This document shows positions 37,843-48,917 of a DNA stretch of 64,000 nt, piece after piece; the first letter of the stretch is position 1, and each line of letters begins with the position of its first letter. The stretch spans positions 868,001-932,000 of the forward strand of contig NW_027191458.1 of assembly GCF_011745625.1 (NCBI RefSeq). The letters run 5' to 3'. A model generated the notes under the pieces. It had not been told where the DNA came from. It searched no databases and saw only the letters and a program-made list of their open reading frames with translations. This stretch comes from Cladosporium halotolerans. Lineage: Eukaryota. A program made the position numbers and the translations under genes.

Positions 37843-38730
37843 TTGCCATCCTGGCGCAAAAGGCTTTGTGACGGATGGGCATTGACGACTCGAATAGTCG
37901 AAATCTTTTCTTTTCGGATGGCTCAAGGAATCTCTTAGTACACAGAGGATGGGAAGGAGAGGTCTTTTCATTTCTTTAATTCCGACCGAGACAACCATTT
38001 TCTCCGTGATAGTCTTGTAAGGCGATTGCGAACAAGCCAACATATCCTAAGTCACATGAATTCCTCATTCCAAAGTCTTAGAACCTCGTCCGTTGAGAAC
38101 CCCGAAGTCACAAGACGAGCGCAATAGGTTTGCTTTGGGGTGGTCTCAAGCACAACCGGAATGCTTTTGTGACACTCCTTGACTGTTTCCCCTTGGAGAA
38201 CCTGGCAGAAGCCTCGGGATGTCTAAAGGGCATCTCATTTGTTCTAGCCCAAACTTCAAACCATGGCCATCCCCCCTAGGCTCTGGATATGCCCCGAAAA
38301 GCGATCTCGTCGTCCCCAGTTGATTCGGCTCAGCTTTACACCATCGTGAGAATGGTCAGAAAGCTCGCGAGTGTAGAGGCATTTCTGTTCTTTTGAGAAT
38401 CGGTGTCATCCGAGGATGCTCCTCTGGAATTCGTCCTCCGCCATAGCACCTTCCAGTCTGAAATAGATATTGCTGCCACATGTCTCAGCATACAACTAGA
38501 ACGTGACCAGCAGATTTATACCTGTGAAGAACATACAGGAAGGGACCGAGAGTCCTAACGTCTGCGACTACCCTGCCGGTGACCGTATATTTAACTTCGA
38601 ATGATCTTTCTCAACCCTCTCAACTACCCAATCCACACCTCACCTCCCCCAACAACCAACACCATCCAGACCGAAGCAAGCTCCACCTCCACCTCCACCC
38701 TCCACCAGCACCGCATCTCCTCCCCAAACC

Positions 38731-39910
38731 ATGCACTACCCGCCCCTCACTCCGCTCCTCATCCTCCTCCTCCCCCTCTTCCTCCCAAAAACGCACCCCC
38801 TCCCACGACACCCTCGTCCACGCCGGCGCCGCGAACCGCCTCGCGCTCGAAGCGCCACCAGACCAAATCGCGCAATCGCAGTGGGACGCCGCCGCCTACG
38901 ACCGCCTAGCGGACTTCGGCTGGGCGCGCGACGGCGGCGGGCAGCACTCTGTCGCCGCGGCGCTGGAGGGGCTGGATTTCGCGCGGCTGGCGAGGGAGTG
39001 GCCGAGGGGGATCCGGTTGGCGGGCGAGACGGCTAGTTTGGCGTACAGTCGGTGGGTGCATGGGAGGGTGGCCACAGAGGTGGGGGAGGGGGGGCAGAGG
39101 TATAATGTTCGTTTTTTTTGCCGGCGGCGCTTCGCTTCTTGTCTGTTGTGGTGCTTTGCTGACTGACGGGGGTCGAAACAGCCGACTCGCGCCAATTATC
39201 CGTCCGTCGTGGACGCGCGGAACGGCGTCCTGCTCGCGCCGTTCGGCGGCATTTGGGCTCCGCGGCGCAGCATCGAGATGTTTCGCGGGCAGTGGCGGGG
39301 AGGCGAGATCGCGCCGTTGTCGCAGTGGCACGACGTCGTGTTCTTGGAGTGGATGAGGCAGAATCGAAGGGCGAGCGGAAGGGCCGAGATCAACTACATC
39401 CTGTTCCACAAGATCGCTCGCGTGGACGACGATCCGACCGCCGGGGACATCATCGACGCGATCTTCGACGTCCTCGCCCGGACCGCGTCCGGCAACCCTG
39501 GGCCTCCGGTCATCTCGCACTGGCGGACGTTCAGCTTCGCGGAATCGAGGGACGCGGCAGCGTTTCTGGCGCTGTTGGGGACCGAAGCGGGCAATATGGT
39601 GAGCAAGCTGCTGTCGGAGCACAAGGTTGATCTCGGGGTGCGACGAGTGACCAGCATAAGCGTGTTCGCAGGAGGTTCGCCGCAGGAGCGTTTCGATCGC
39701 CAGAGAGTCCAGCCTTCGATGATTTTCAAGGTCGAGGCGCCGGGCTTAGGGAGTGGGCTCACGACAGGCCTGAACACGCCGGGCCTCACCAGCGGATCTG
39801 GCTCTCCTGGCGAGAGCGATGAAGAGAGCGAGGACTCGTCGAAGCCTCAGCGATACGTTCCGTACCAGCTTCCGGCATCCAATCCTTGGGGGCGCAGAAA
39901 GCTTCGTTAG
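38731..39910 (+). pseudogene. Divergent paralog C of the same family, with a frameshift just after the signal peptide
   Basis: Signal-like MHYPPLTPLLILLLPLFLP is out of frame with the body (HDTLVHAG..FGW..; intron 39107-39181; PTRANY..APLSQWHDVVFLEW..ALLGTEAG..LLSEHKVDLGVRRVTSISVF). Removing one A from the A5 run at 38787-38791 restores the frame. Confidence 0.6.
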
Positions 39911-40003
39911 TCGATGAGGAATTGATCTGGCCGCTTGCCTGTTGCGATCGATCCTGAAAATCTGATGCGGGAGACGATCGAATCTGCAAGACACGGAGAG
40001 CGA

Positions 40004-40270
40004 TCTCCAATCAATAGATGGATGCAAAGAAGAAGCTGGATTTTTTCCCTTTTCGCGGATCGTGAGACAGGGTAATGACAAGGAATGGCTGGAGTTCCAG
40101 GTTGCGGATGGGAATCTCCAAGAAATAGAAGGAAGAGAAGTGAAAGCTGGGCCTTTATCTCTGCAGAACACGGATCAGGGGACGGGCTGACACGAACTGG
40201 TTGAATCTCCAGAACACGGAATGCAGTCTCCAAGTAATAGAAGAAAGCGAAGTAGGAAAAGCTGGACCTT
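40004..40270. repeat. Three degenerate direct repeats, about 111-bp period
   Basis: Core TCTCCAAnnAATAGA at 40004, 40115 and 40227, each followed about 30 nt later by AAGCTGG. Confidence 0.6.
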
Positions 40271-41030
40271 TGACTCTACGCGGACGCTAGAAGAGCTGGA
40301 AGGTGGCTCGGATTGAGCCATGAGCACCAGGTGTGGTCAGGGACCTGCCTGTGTTGCGATTGGAAACGGGCATGCGGGAGGATCAAGGGCACCTAGGTAC
40401 GCTAGAACAAGGGACTCTCACCTCAATCCATTCATGAGATAACAAATCATAAGCACAAGCACAAGCACCGCCCGCTCAGGAGAAACGGCAAAAAAGGAGC
40501 TAGGTCTCATGAAGAACTTAAAAAATTCAGATGGTAAGGACCGTGAATTTGATTGAGTGAGTTAGGAATCCCGCAGAAGCCCGGCCGATTGAGCCAAAGG
40601 TCCGCATCGCTGCCCGGTATAAAAAATAAAGAAAAGGAGAAACTCAAAGGGGGAACAGCGGACCGCAAAACGATCAAAGCATGAGAGGTCGGGGGGAGAA
40701 GCAAACGCGGGGACGCTTGCTTCCGAGTTCAGGGATGATGAAGAGGTTGAGAGATAGAAGAACTTCAGACGCTGCTGCTGCTGCTGCTTCGATAGAAAAA
40801 GTTCTTGGGTAGGAAAAAACACTCAGTTTTGCTTTGGTGGGGGGTAGTCATCTCGGGTTCGTCCGAATGCAGCCGTCGATCGCCGGTGGGCCTCCTATTG
40901 AGGTGGCACTCTCTTGCCATCGTTTACTTAAAAACGCCCGCTGTCGTCCCATCTGCAGACAGAGAAAAATGTGCTCTCGTCAAAACGGCGAAGGCCGCTC
41001 ATCATAAGGCTCGCAGGGAGTTCTCATCGC

Positions 41031-42413
41031 TTAAGAAGCGGGCGCGGCAGCCTCGCCCTCAGCGGGAGCAGCGGCGGCAGGCGCGGCGGCGGCCTCCTCC
41101 TTCTTCTCCTCGGGCTTGCTCTCGCCAGCGGCAGCCTCCTGCTCGGCGCCGTCGGAAGAGGTCCAGAGGGTGAGGTTGTCGCGGAGGAGCTGCATGATGA
41201 GGGTGCTGTCGCGGTAGGACTCCTCGCTGAGGCTGTCGAGCTCGGCAATGGCGTCGTCGAAAGCCTGCTTGGCGAGGTGGCAAGCACGGTCAGGGGAGTT
41301 GAGGATCTCGTAGTAGAAGACGGAGAAGTTGAGGGCGAGACCGAGACGGATCGGGTGCGTGGGGGTGAGCTCAGTCTGGGCGACGTCGGTGGCGTTCTGT
41401 AAATGTGGTTAGCAAATGTGCTGATATTTCGTCTTAGATATCACTCAGGAAAGCTCACCTTGTAGGCGTCGTGCGCGGCAGTGGCGGCGGTCTTACGCTT
41501 CTCGCCAGAGGCGAACTCGGCAAGGTAACGGTGGTAGTCACCCTTCCTGTAAAGTATGAGGTCAGCATAGATTCCCTCAACGGTCGATCAGACTCCCCCT
41601 GGAAGACACATACATCTTGTGGTAGAAGACCTTGCTCTCGCCAGTCTCGGCCTTGGGGATGAGGCTCTCGTCGAGGACGTTGAGGACATCCTCGCAGACC
41701 TTCTCGAGCTCGAGCTCGATCTTCTGGCGGTACTCGCGGATGATGCCGACGTGCTTGTCGGTGCCCTTGGCCTCCTCCTTCTGCTCGATGCTGGAGATGA
41801 TGCGCCACGAGGCACGGCGGGTGCCGACGACGTTCTTGTAGGCCACGGAAAGGAGGTTGCGCTCGTCGACTGTGAGCTCGCCGCCGATCTAGACGGGTGG
41901 GTGTGTTAGCTGGCGGGTTGCTGAGAGGCGGGGCAAGGTGTGGTTTGTCCGACGCAGCGTGGGCGCACGGCGGATTGCGGGCGGATGTACCTTTGCAACT
42001 TCCTATTTACTTGTCAGTCATCGATCTCGATAAGGAGCTCATTGCCAAGAGTGGACTCACCTTCATGTAAGTGACCATCTCTGCGCGAAAGAGTCAACGT
42101 TAGCGCGCGCCCTCATTGCCAATATCGATCTGTCGATGCCTACCATCGTAGCGCTCGGCCTGCTCGCACAGCCGGGCGAGGAAAGTCTTGCTGTTGGCTC
42201 AGAGTCAATATCGTCATCCGTGCGCGTGTCTCCCGCCTGGTTGCGCTCGTTCTCGTACCTCTCGCGCTACGAAACACCTTTCAGTCAGCATACGGTCTCG
42301 CTGTCGCTCACGGCGGAGCTGGGAGCTTTCGTTGAGGCCAGCGGATGGCACGCGGACACGCGCGGCGGAGGGAGGGGGAACGCGGGCGGCGGGATACGCA
42401 CCTCAGTGGCCAT
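41031..42413 (-). CDS. 14-3-3 protein, 8 coding exons
   Basis: Exons 42402-42413, 42259-42266, 42144-42190, 42061-42080, 41991-42002, 41614-41888, 41459-41546 and 41031-41396. They give [105 protein letters not shown]. Confidence 0.97.
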
Positions 42414-42866
42414 TTTGGAGGATGTGGTCGGTGTGGTGTGTTGGAGGGTTGGGTGGGCGGGTTTGGACGGTGGTGGGCGGGGTGTTGCAGGTGCAGGCGG
42501 TCAGGTGTCGGATCAACAGGATTGGGGAATTGTGATGGTGGAGTATGTTGTTCACAGCGGGCGCGGCGCGGGCGGCACAAGTCGTGGCTCGCCGGCTGGG
42601 TGAAGTGGGGCTCATCAGCCTGGCTCGCTGGCACTGGCATCAACCCGCGCACCGCTGTGCTCTTCTGTCAGCTTCTGTGTGCGCTGCTGCGCGTCCCGTG
42701 ACCGCGCGAGCGACGTGCACCACGCTAGGCGCTGCGTGTGTATGAACGTGGCGCGCTCCAGGAGGCCAGCGGTGCTCGCGTGCGGCGGCCCTCGCCTCTG
42801 GCCTGCCCTGCCCTGCTCTGCTCTGCTCTGTTTGTTGACTCGGCGCGGCAGCCCCGCGATAAGCGC

Positions 42867-42930
42867 TGCTGCCCTGCTGCCCTGCTGCCTTGCTGCCTTG
42901 CTGCCTTGCTGCCTTGCTGCCCTGCTGTCC
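42867..42930. repeat. Octamer tandem repeat (TGCTGCCY)x8 upstream of 14-3-3
   Basis: Seven exact TGCTGCC[C/T] units plus one TGCTGTCC. A pentamer run (CTGCC/CTGCT) lies nearby at about 42803-42830. Confidence 0.9.
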
Positions 42931-44644
42931 GTCCTCGCCGGACCCTGACATCTGGCCACTGTTTGCTGCGAGCCGCCCGACGGTGCAGCCTCGCGCGCTG
43001 AGGCAGCCAGGCACCCAGGCAACCAACGGAGCAAGTCTCCCTTTTCCTTGTCGTCAACTCACGCCGCCCACCGGGTCACGTACCGCGCGGTGGCACCGCT
43101 TGCACGGCGAAAGCGCCCTTCTTCAGGGGCGCATGCACCTCTGAAGGAGTCGCCCAGCGCGGTCGGAGTGCCTAGCCCGCACGCCGTTGTCTTAGGCCAG
43201 CCCTGCCTTGACAAAGACGCCCTTCGAATCTTCCATGCGGCCATAGCGGGCAGGCTTTCGCTTGAAGAACCCTTTGATTGATGCGCTACGACTGGATGAC
43301 TCCGAAGCATCTGTGCACCCTTCGGACGGGATCAGGAACCCATGGAGAGTACAGTATAGATCGTGGCTGTGAACGTCGCTTCGGCCTGTCTTTGATTGGA
43401 CTCACTTCGAAACAGCAAGGGGTCCTCGGCGCTGTCCCTGACGTTTGAAAAGACAAACGGCCAAAGTGCCTGCATGCTACCAATCGGTAGACCTTGCGGT
43501 GGCAAGGTGCTGAGGCGGCTTTACTCAGACCAACCATCGTTCTGTGAGGGCGGATTGAGCATCTTCTCAAGGCGTGCTGCTGTTAGCAAGTCGTTTGCTG
43601 TGACACGTGGTCGAAGGCTCTGCCGGCACCATGTTACTAATGATCACGAAAAGAAATCATGTCCGTGACGTGGTAAAATCAATCAAGAATCAGAAAGGTG
43701 TCCCAATTGGTAACGATGGCACGATCAATGGGAACATAGATGCGCTGGCGCTGCCCAGCAGCACATCCCGAAGTAACCAGCCAAAGTCCCGTTCGACGAT
43801 CTGGCAGCTCTACCAAGTCACATACATTTATAAACTTCGATCGTCAACTACACATCTTGCGCCGCATCGTCGTAGAGAAGCTTCGAAGTGCAATCGGAGT
43901 TCCTGCAGCAGTGTGCAGCCTCGGCAAGACTGATCGCCCGCGCCCACGTGCTATCTCGTATCATTGCTCGTCGAATACGAGGCTCCAGAAACGATTCCTT
44001 CGACGCCTGGGATCTTTCGGTTCCGGCACAGCTGGACAAATATCGCCTCTTTGATAATGATGATTTCTAATATAAGTAATACGTCGAACCGCGAATGATA
44101 ATTGCATAAGTCGCGGCTCAGTCTTTTTCCAGGCCAGCGCCGTAAGAGTCTGACTATCCACCAATTGATTGGCATTAGGACAACGGCCCGCGTGTGCTCC
44201 ACGCGACGGTACCACACCACCACGAATGCTTATCGCCAACAAGCCACCCCACCTCGGTATCGGCAGTTCCAGACGCATTCGCATTTGCTCTTATAGTCGG
44301 TTTATGCAAACAACAGGACGTCCCACCTCCGCAATCCCAGTCCCCATGGGACAGCGAAGAGCCGGGGAAAGCTTATGCACGCCTTGTGCTCTGGACGTAA
44401 CCTTATCAGGCAGTAGGCTCATACAAGCGAGACGGCCGAGGCGCAACCGCGCCCTTTATGCATGCGAGTCGGTGTTAGGATATCACCGACGACAAACATG
44501 AAGGTCTTTCGCCGGCCTGCCCTGCCCAGCCCGGGGCTCACTTCACTTGCCCTCACTCAGCCTTGCAGCGTGGAAAAGTGGGCGGCTTTCTGTTTGTGAG
44601 ACGATTCTGGTGCCTGTGCGACGTCGAGTCGTTGCAGCGAGAAC

Positions 44645-46705
44645 ATGTCTGAAACCAAGACTTCGAGTCCTCCGGTCGAACGAGAGACCAATCTCGTCCC
44701 AGGCGAGGATGTCAAAGAATCAACGGTCGACGAGAAGGCATCTAACGGCAATCAATTGAAAGACAATGCCCATTTACCTAAGACGTCGACACGCGATTTG
44801 GTCAACCAAGACGAGGAGAAAGCCCTTCCCTCAATCGGGCAAACCGGCAAGGACACGACCGCTGTGATAGATACCGAGCACGATCCAAACGTGGTCGACT
44901 GGGATGGAGACGACGACCCAGACAACCCCTACAACTGGAGCAAAAAGAAGAAATGGATGAACATCGGTATCTTGTCTACCTTGACCTTACTGACTCCACT
45001 TGGATCCTCCTTCTTCGCTCCTGGTGTTCCACGAGTGATGGCGGACTTCAATTCGACTTCAGAGATCACGGCGACCTTTGTCGTCTCAGTGTAAGTCTAT
45101 TGGCATCCTATCGCAACTTAGCAGACGACTGACGCAGTCCAGATATATCCTTGGCTTTGCATGCGGCCCTCTCTTGATCGCACCACTCAGCGAACTCTAC
45201 GGACGACTGTACATCTACCACGCCTGCAATCTTGGCTACCTCGTCTTCACTATTGCCTGCGCTCTTGCTACTAACATGAACATGCTCATCGTCTTCCGCT
45301 TTTTTGCCGGCTGCTGGGGCGTTGCACCCGTCACAATCGGTGGTGGCACGGTTGCTGATCTCATGAAGCCTGAGGAGCGAGGGTTGGCCATGTCTCTTTG
45401 GGCTATGGGTGCGCTGTTTGGTCCTGTCATAGGGTAAGAGCTCTGATAAGTTCTCTTGTCAGAGTATTACTGACAACTTCTCAGTTCGTAATCACCCATC
45501 AGCTCTGTCTGACAAGGTCCCAAATCTGGCCCACACCACGGTCAAACACTAACCCTCCCCTCACAGGCCCCGTAGCAGGCGGCTTCCTCAGCGAAGCAGT
45601 CGGCTGGCGCTGGATCTTCTGGGTGCTCGCGATCGCCATCGCCGTCGTCTCCTTCACCGCCCTCTTCACCATCCACGAGACGTACGCGCCCGTCCTCCTG
45701 GCCCGCAAAACCGCCCGCCTGCGCAAAGAAATCTCCAACCCGCACCTCCGCTCCAAACTCGAGCAGGACCTCACCCCGCGCCAGATCTTCGTCCGCGCCA
45801 TCACCCGCCCCACGAAGCTCATGCTGCTCAGCCCCGTCTGCTCCCTCATGTCGATCTACATGGCCGTCGTCTACGGCATCCTCTACCTCCTCTTCACGAC
45901 CTTCACCTTCGTCTTCCAGCAGGCCTACGGCTTCAGCGAGTCCATCGTCGGCCTGACGTACATCGGGCTCGGCATCGGCAACTTCATCGGCCTCGCGGCG
46001 CTGGGCGCCAGCTCCGACCGCGTCATGAAGGCGCTGGCCGCGAAGCACAACGGCGGCAAGGCCAAGCCCGAGTACCGCCTGCCGCCGCTGATCTACGGCT
46101 CGCCGTTCATTCCCGTGGGACTGTTTATCTACGGCTGGACGGCGCAGAACAGCGACAGCGTGCACTGGGCTGTGCCGCTGTTTGGGACGCTGTTGGTGGG
46201 GATTGGGCTGATTGCGTGCTTTATGGCGATCAATACGTATCTGATCGATGCGTTTACGCTGTACGCTGCGAGCGCGATGGCGGCGAATACGATTTTGCGA
46301 TCGGTGGGAGTCACCTCCCTGGTCTGTCCGGAGATGCATTCGCTGACGTGAGAGCTTCCCGCAGATTCTGGGTGCGGTGTTTCCTCTGTTTGGACTGAAG
46401 ATGTACAACGCGCTTGGTTTGGTAAGTCGCCGCAGACAAACGACTCGAGAGGATATGGGAGCTGACAAAATCGCAGTATGTCTGCTCCCTCCCGTTTGGA
46501 CTTCGTGGATGTTATCCTTGAGTTGCAACGCCAGATCAAATATTCCAACTGCTTCAATTTGGAGAATGCTAATAATCATCTGTACAGGGGTTGGGGCAAC
46601 AGTCTCCTAGCATTCGTCAGCCTAGCTCTCTGCTCGGTACCGATTTTCTTCTACTATTACGGCGAGAGGCTGCGAACCAGCGAAAGATTCAAAGTCAAGT
46701 TCTAA
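44645..46705 (+). CDS. MFS drug:H+ antiporter-1 (DHA1, 12-TMS) containing two stwintrons
   Basis: VDWDGDDDPDNPYNWS, PLSELYGR, GPVIGPVAGG, GWRWIFW, ETYAPVLL, PEYRL and YNALGLGWGNSLL. Intervening sequences are 45091-45142, 45433-45566 (twin), 46304-46364 and 46421-46587 (twin). Confidence 0.93.
45433..45566 (+). other. Spliceosomal twin intron (stwintron) #1, [D1,2]/[A2,3]
   Basis: Structure G|GTAAGA..TACTGAC..TCAG|TTCGT..CACTAAC..ACAG. Internal intron 45434-45484 splits the external donor G-TTCGT. Confidence 0.85.
46421..46587 (+). other. Spliceosomal twin intron (stwintron) #2, [D1,2]/[A2,3]
   Basis: Structure G|GTAAGT..GCTGAC..GCAG|TATGT..GCTAAT..ACAG. Internal intron 46422-46476 splits the external donor G-TATGT. 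Confidence 0.88.
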
Positions 46706-47119
46706 AAGCTGAACAGAAAAAAGGCAGGTTCGAGATGTTTTGGCCGGAAATAGACCATGTGGTGTTAATTAGAGGGTATCGATGCGCCTTCCAACTCCAG
46801 TGCGATCCTTTGTCGTGTGATACACCCGTCTTTGCAGCTTTAATTCTCATACAAATCCTCCAATTCAGTGGGCGAGGATCCACCCCTTTCTGGCATTCGT
46901 AACATGCGCCAGAACCCCTTCGTGGTGCCCGCGTGCTTGCAGTGGTAATGTAGCACATGAGCTGCATGGTCATGCTGGGCCAAACTGCTTGTGCCTCGTA
47001 TATTGCCCAGCCTCTATACGGCCGCCAGACATGATCAGTGGCCGGCTGAGCGCCGAAGCCCATCAAGCCACGCATGAAATCCCGTCAAGAAAAAACTTTT
47101 AGCTTCCCACCCCCATCTC

Positions 47120-47665
47120 TCAGCGCTTGCCCATCATGCTCTTCCTCTGCGCGATCTTCTTATTCCTGCGATCGACATCACTCCCCGTGTTCTTCCTGCT
47201 GCCAATCTGCTTCGCCTTCCTCTCCTCCTTGTCATCCACGATCGTCAACCAATCGTCCGGCACGGCGCCCTCGGCCTTCTTGCCCTTGTAGCCGTACTTG
47301 GGCTTCCAGTCCTGCGCGGCGTCGTCGAACTCCAGCTTGCCGTCGCGGCGCTTCGGCTTGATGCCCTTCTTCTCCGCGAACTTCTGCCACTTCGTCTTCT
47401 CCTTCTCCTTAGGCACGGGCTTCTCGCGCGGCAGGTGCGTGCTGGGCTCCGGCAGCGTCAGCTGCAGCGACTGGTCGTCGGCCGACTTAGTGATGGCGCA
47501 GGTCGTCAGGAGCTGGTTGATCAGGCCCTGGGCGGTGTCGCGCGCGACGGCTTTGAGGGTGGCCTCTTTGTCTTCGGCGAGCGAGGGGAGGGGGTTCGGG
47601 TCGTTGCAGAGGAGGGAGCCGAGGTCGAAGGTGAATGGTTGGGGTTTGGGTTCGAGGTGTGCCAT
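47120..47665 (-). CDS. RRS1: Ribosome biogenesis regulatory protein Rrs1
   Basis: FDLGSLLCNDPNP, ARDTAQGLINQLL, LPREKPVP..TKWQKFAEKKGI and WKPKYGYKG. Confidence 0.93.
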   Translation of the reverse strand: MAHLEPKPQPFTFDLGSLLCNDPNPLPSLAEDKEATLKAVARDTAQGLINQLLTTCAITKSADDQSLQLTLPEPSTHLPREKPVPKEKEKTKWQKFAEKKGIKPKRRDGKLEFDDAAQDWKPKYGYKGKKAEGAVPDDWLTIVDDKEERKAKQIGSRKNTGSDVDRRNKKIAQRKSMMGKR

Positions 47666-48263
47666 TTTGGCGGTCGTCGTGTGTGTTGGTTGGTTTGGTG
47701 GAAGTGATCGGCCTTTCTTTTGGTATGCCCGCTGAAGAAGAAATCGCGGCCGAGGCGAAATCTTGGCTTGGGGAAGCCGGATAAGGTTGGCGCTAGCTCG
47801 GCAAGGCTGGTAGGGTAAAGTCTAATTCCGCCTGCCGAATGCTCGCTGAGGCTGCATAATCCGTGCTTGCGAGTGTTGTGGTTATTGGTTCTTCTCGTAA
47901 TGGATACACGGCGAGCCAGAACAGAGCTCCTGCGAGTGAGACAAACCCTAGCTCTGGTCTGACGCGCGAGCAGATATCCCTGTATCGCCCACGTTGAAGT
48001 GTCCGCGCCTTGGAAATGTTGCACAGCCTACGCCCAAAAGATCACCAAGCTCCCCGCCAACGTTCCTCCAAAGCTCCATCGTCCTGTGAACTGACGTCTG
48101 GCTTCACCCACACAGCCACCCTGCATGCCGCACCACCCGAAACTTGTTTAAGCTTTGGGATACTTTTCTATAAAGCTACCGTGAGACGCTCACTTCACTC
48201 CTTCTGCTTCTCTCAAACAGTTCCAATCACAGCAGCTTCGCCTTGAACGACTCGCCATCCGAC

Positions 48264-48917
48264 ATGACTCTGACCCCATTCAACCCGCCCCTGGGCCCCC
48301 AGCCCGTCAACCCAGCCTTCTACTCCCCAACCGAAGTAACCCTCCACATGAAGGAGAAGATGCTCTCCCTGACCGGCGACGACTTCACCATCTCGACGGC
48401 CGAAGGCACGCCCGTGGCGAAGTGCAAGGGCAAGATGATCTCGCTGCACGGCACCAAAGCCTTCACGGACATGCAGGGCAACGAGCTGTTCACGGTCAAG
48501 AAGAAGATGCTGGCGCTGCAGAAGAGCTTCGTCTGCGAGAGCCCGCACGGGCACAACTTCGAGGTCAAGGGCCACTTTTCGCTCGGGAGCAGCAAGTCGA
48601 GCGTGCACTTTAAGAATGCGGCTGATGGCAGGGACGTTGAGCTGCAGTTGAAGGGCGATTTCATCGATCGCTCGGCGACTATTACGTTTGAGGGGAAGCC
48701 GGTGGCGGAGGTGAAGAGGAAGTTCGTCAACATCCGTGAGATTTGGGCTGACAAGCAGACGGTGAGTAGACATCTTCTCGAGACGTGAGGAAAGTCGCAC
48801 TTGGATGCCTTGCTGATTTTGCATTTACAGTATTTCGTTACTGTTGCTCCCAACGTGGATCTCACTATGATTGCGGCAATTTGCGTGTGCTTGGACGAGC
48901 GTGAGAACGAGAAGTAA
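48264..48917 (+). CDS. LURP-one-related / tubby C-terminal-like (DUF567) protein
   Basis: LHMKEKMLSLTGDDFTI, LKGDFIDRSATI and VAEVKRK. Intron 48762-48830 leads into YFVTVAPNVDLTMIAAICVCLDE. Confidence 0.88.

Noticed and set aside
40771..40788. (GCT)6 microsatellite downstream of 14-3-3
   Set aside because: Ordinary short tandem repeat.
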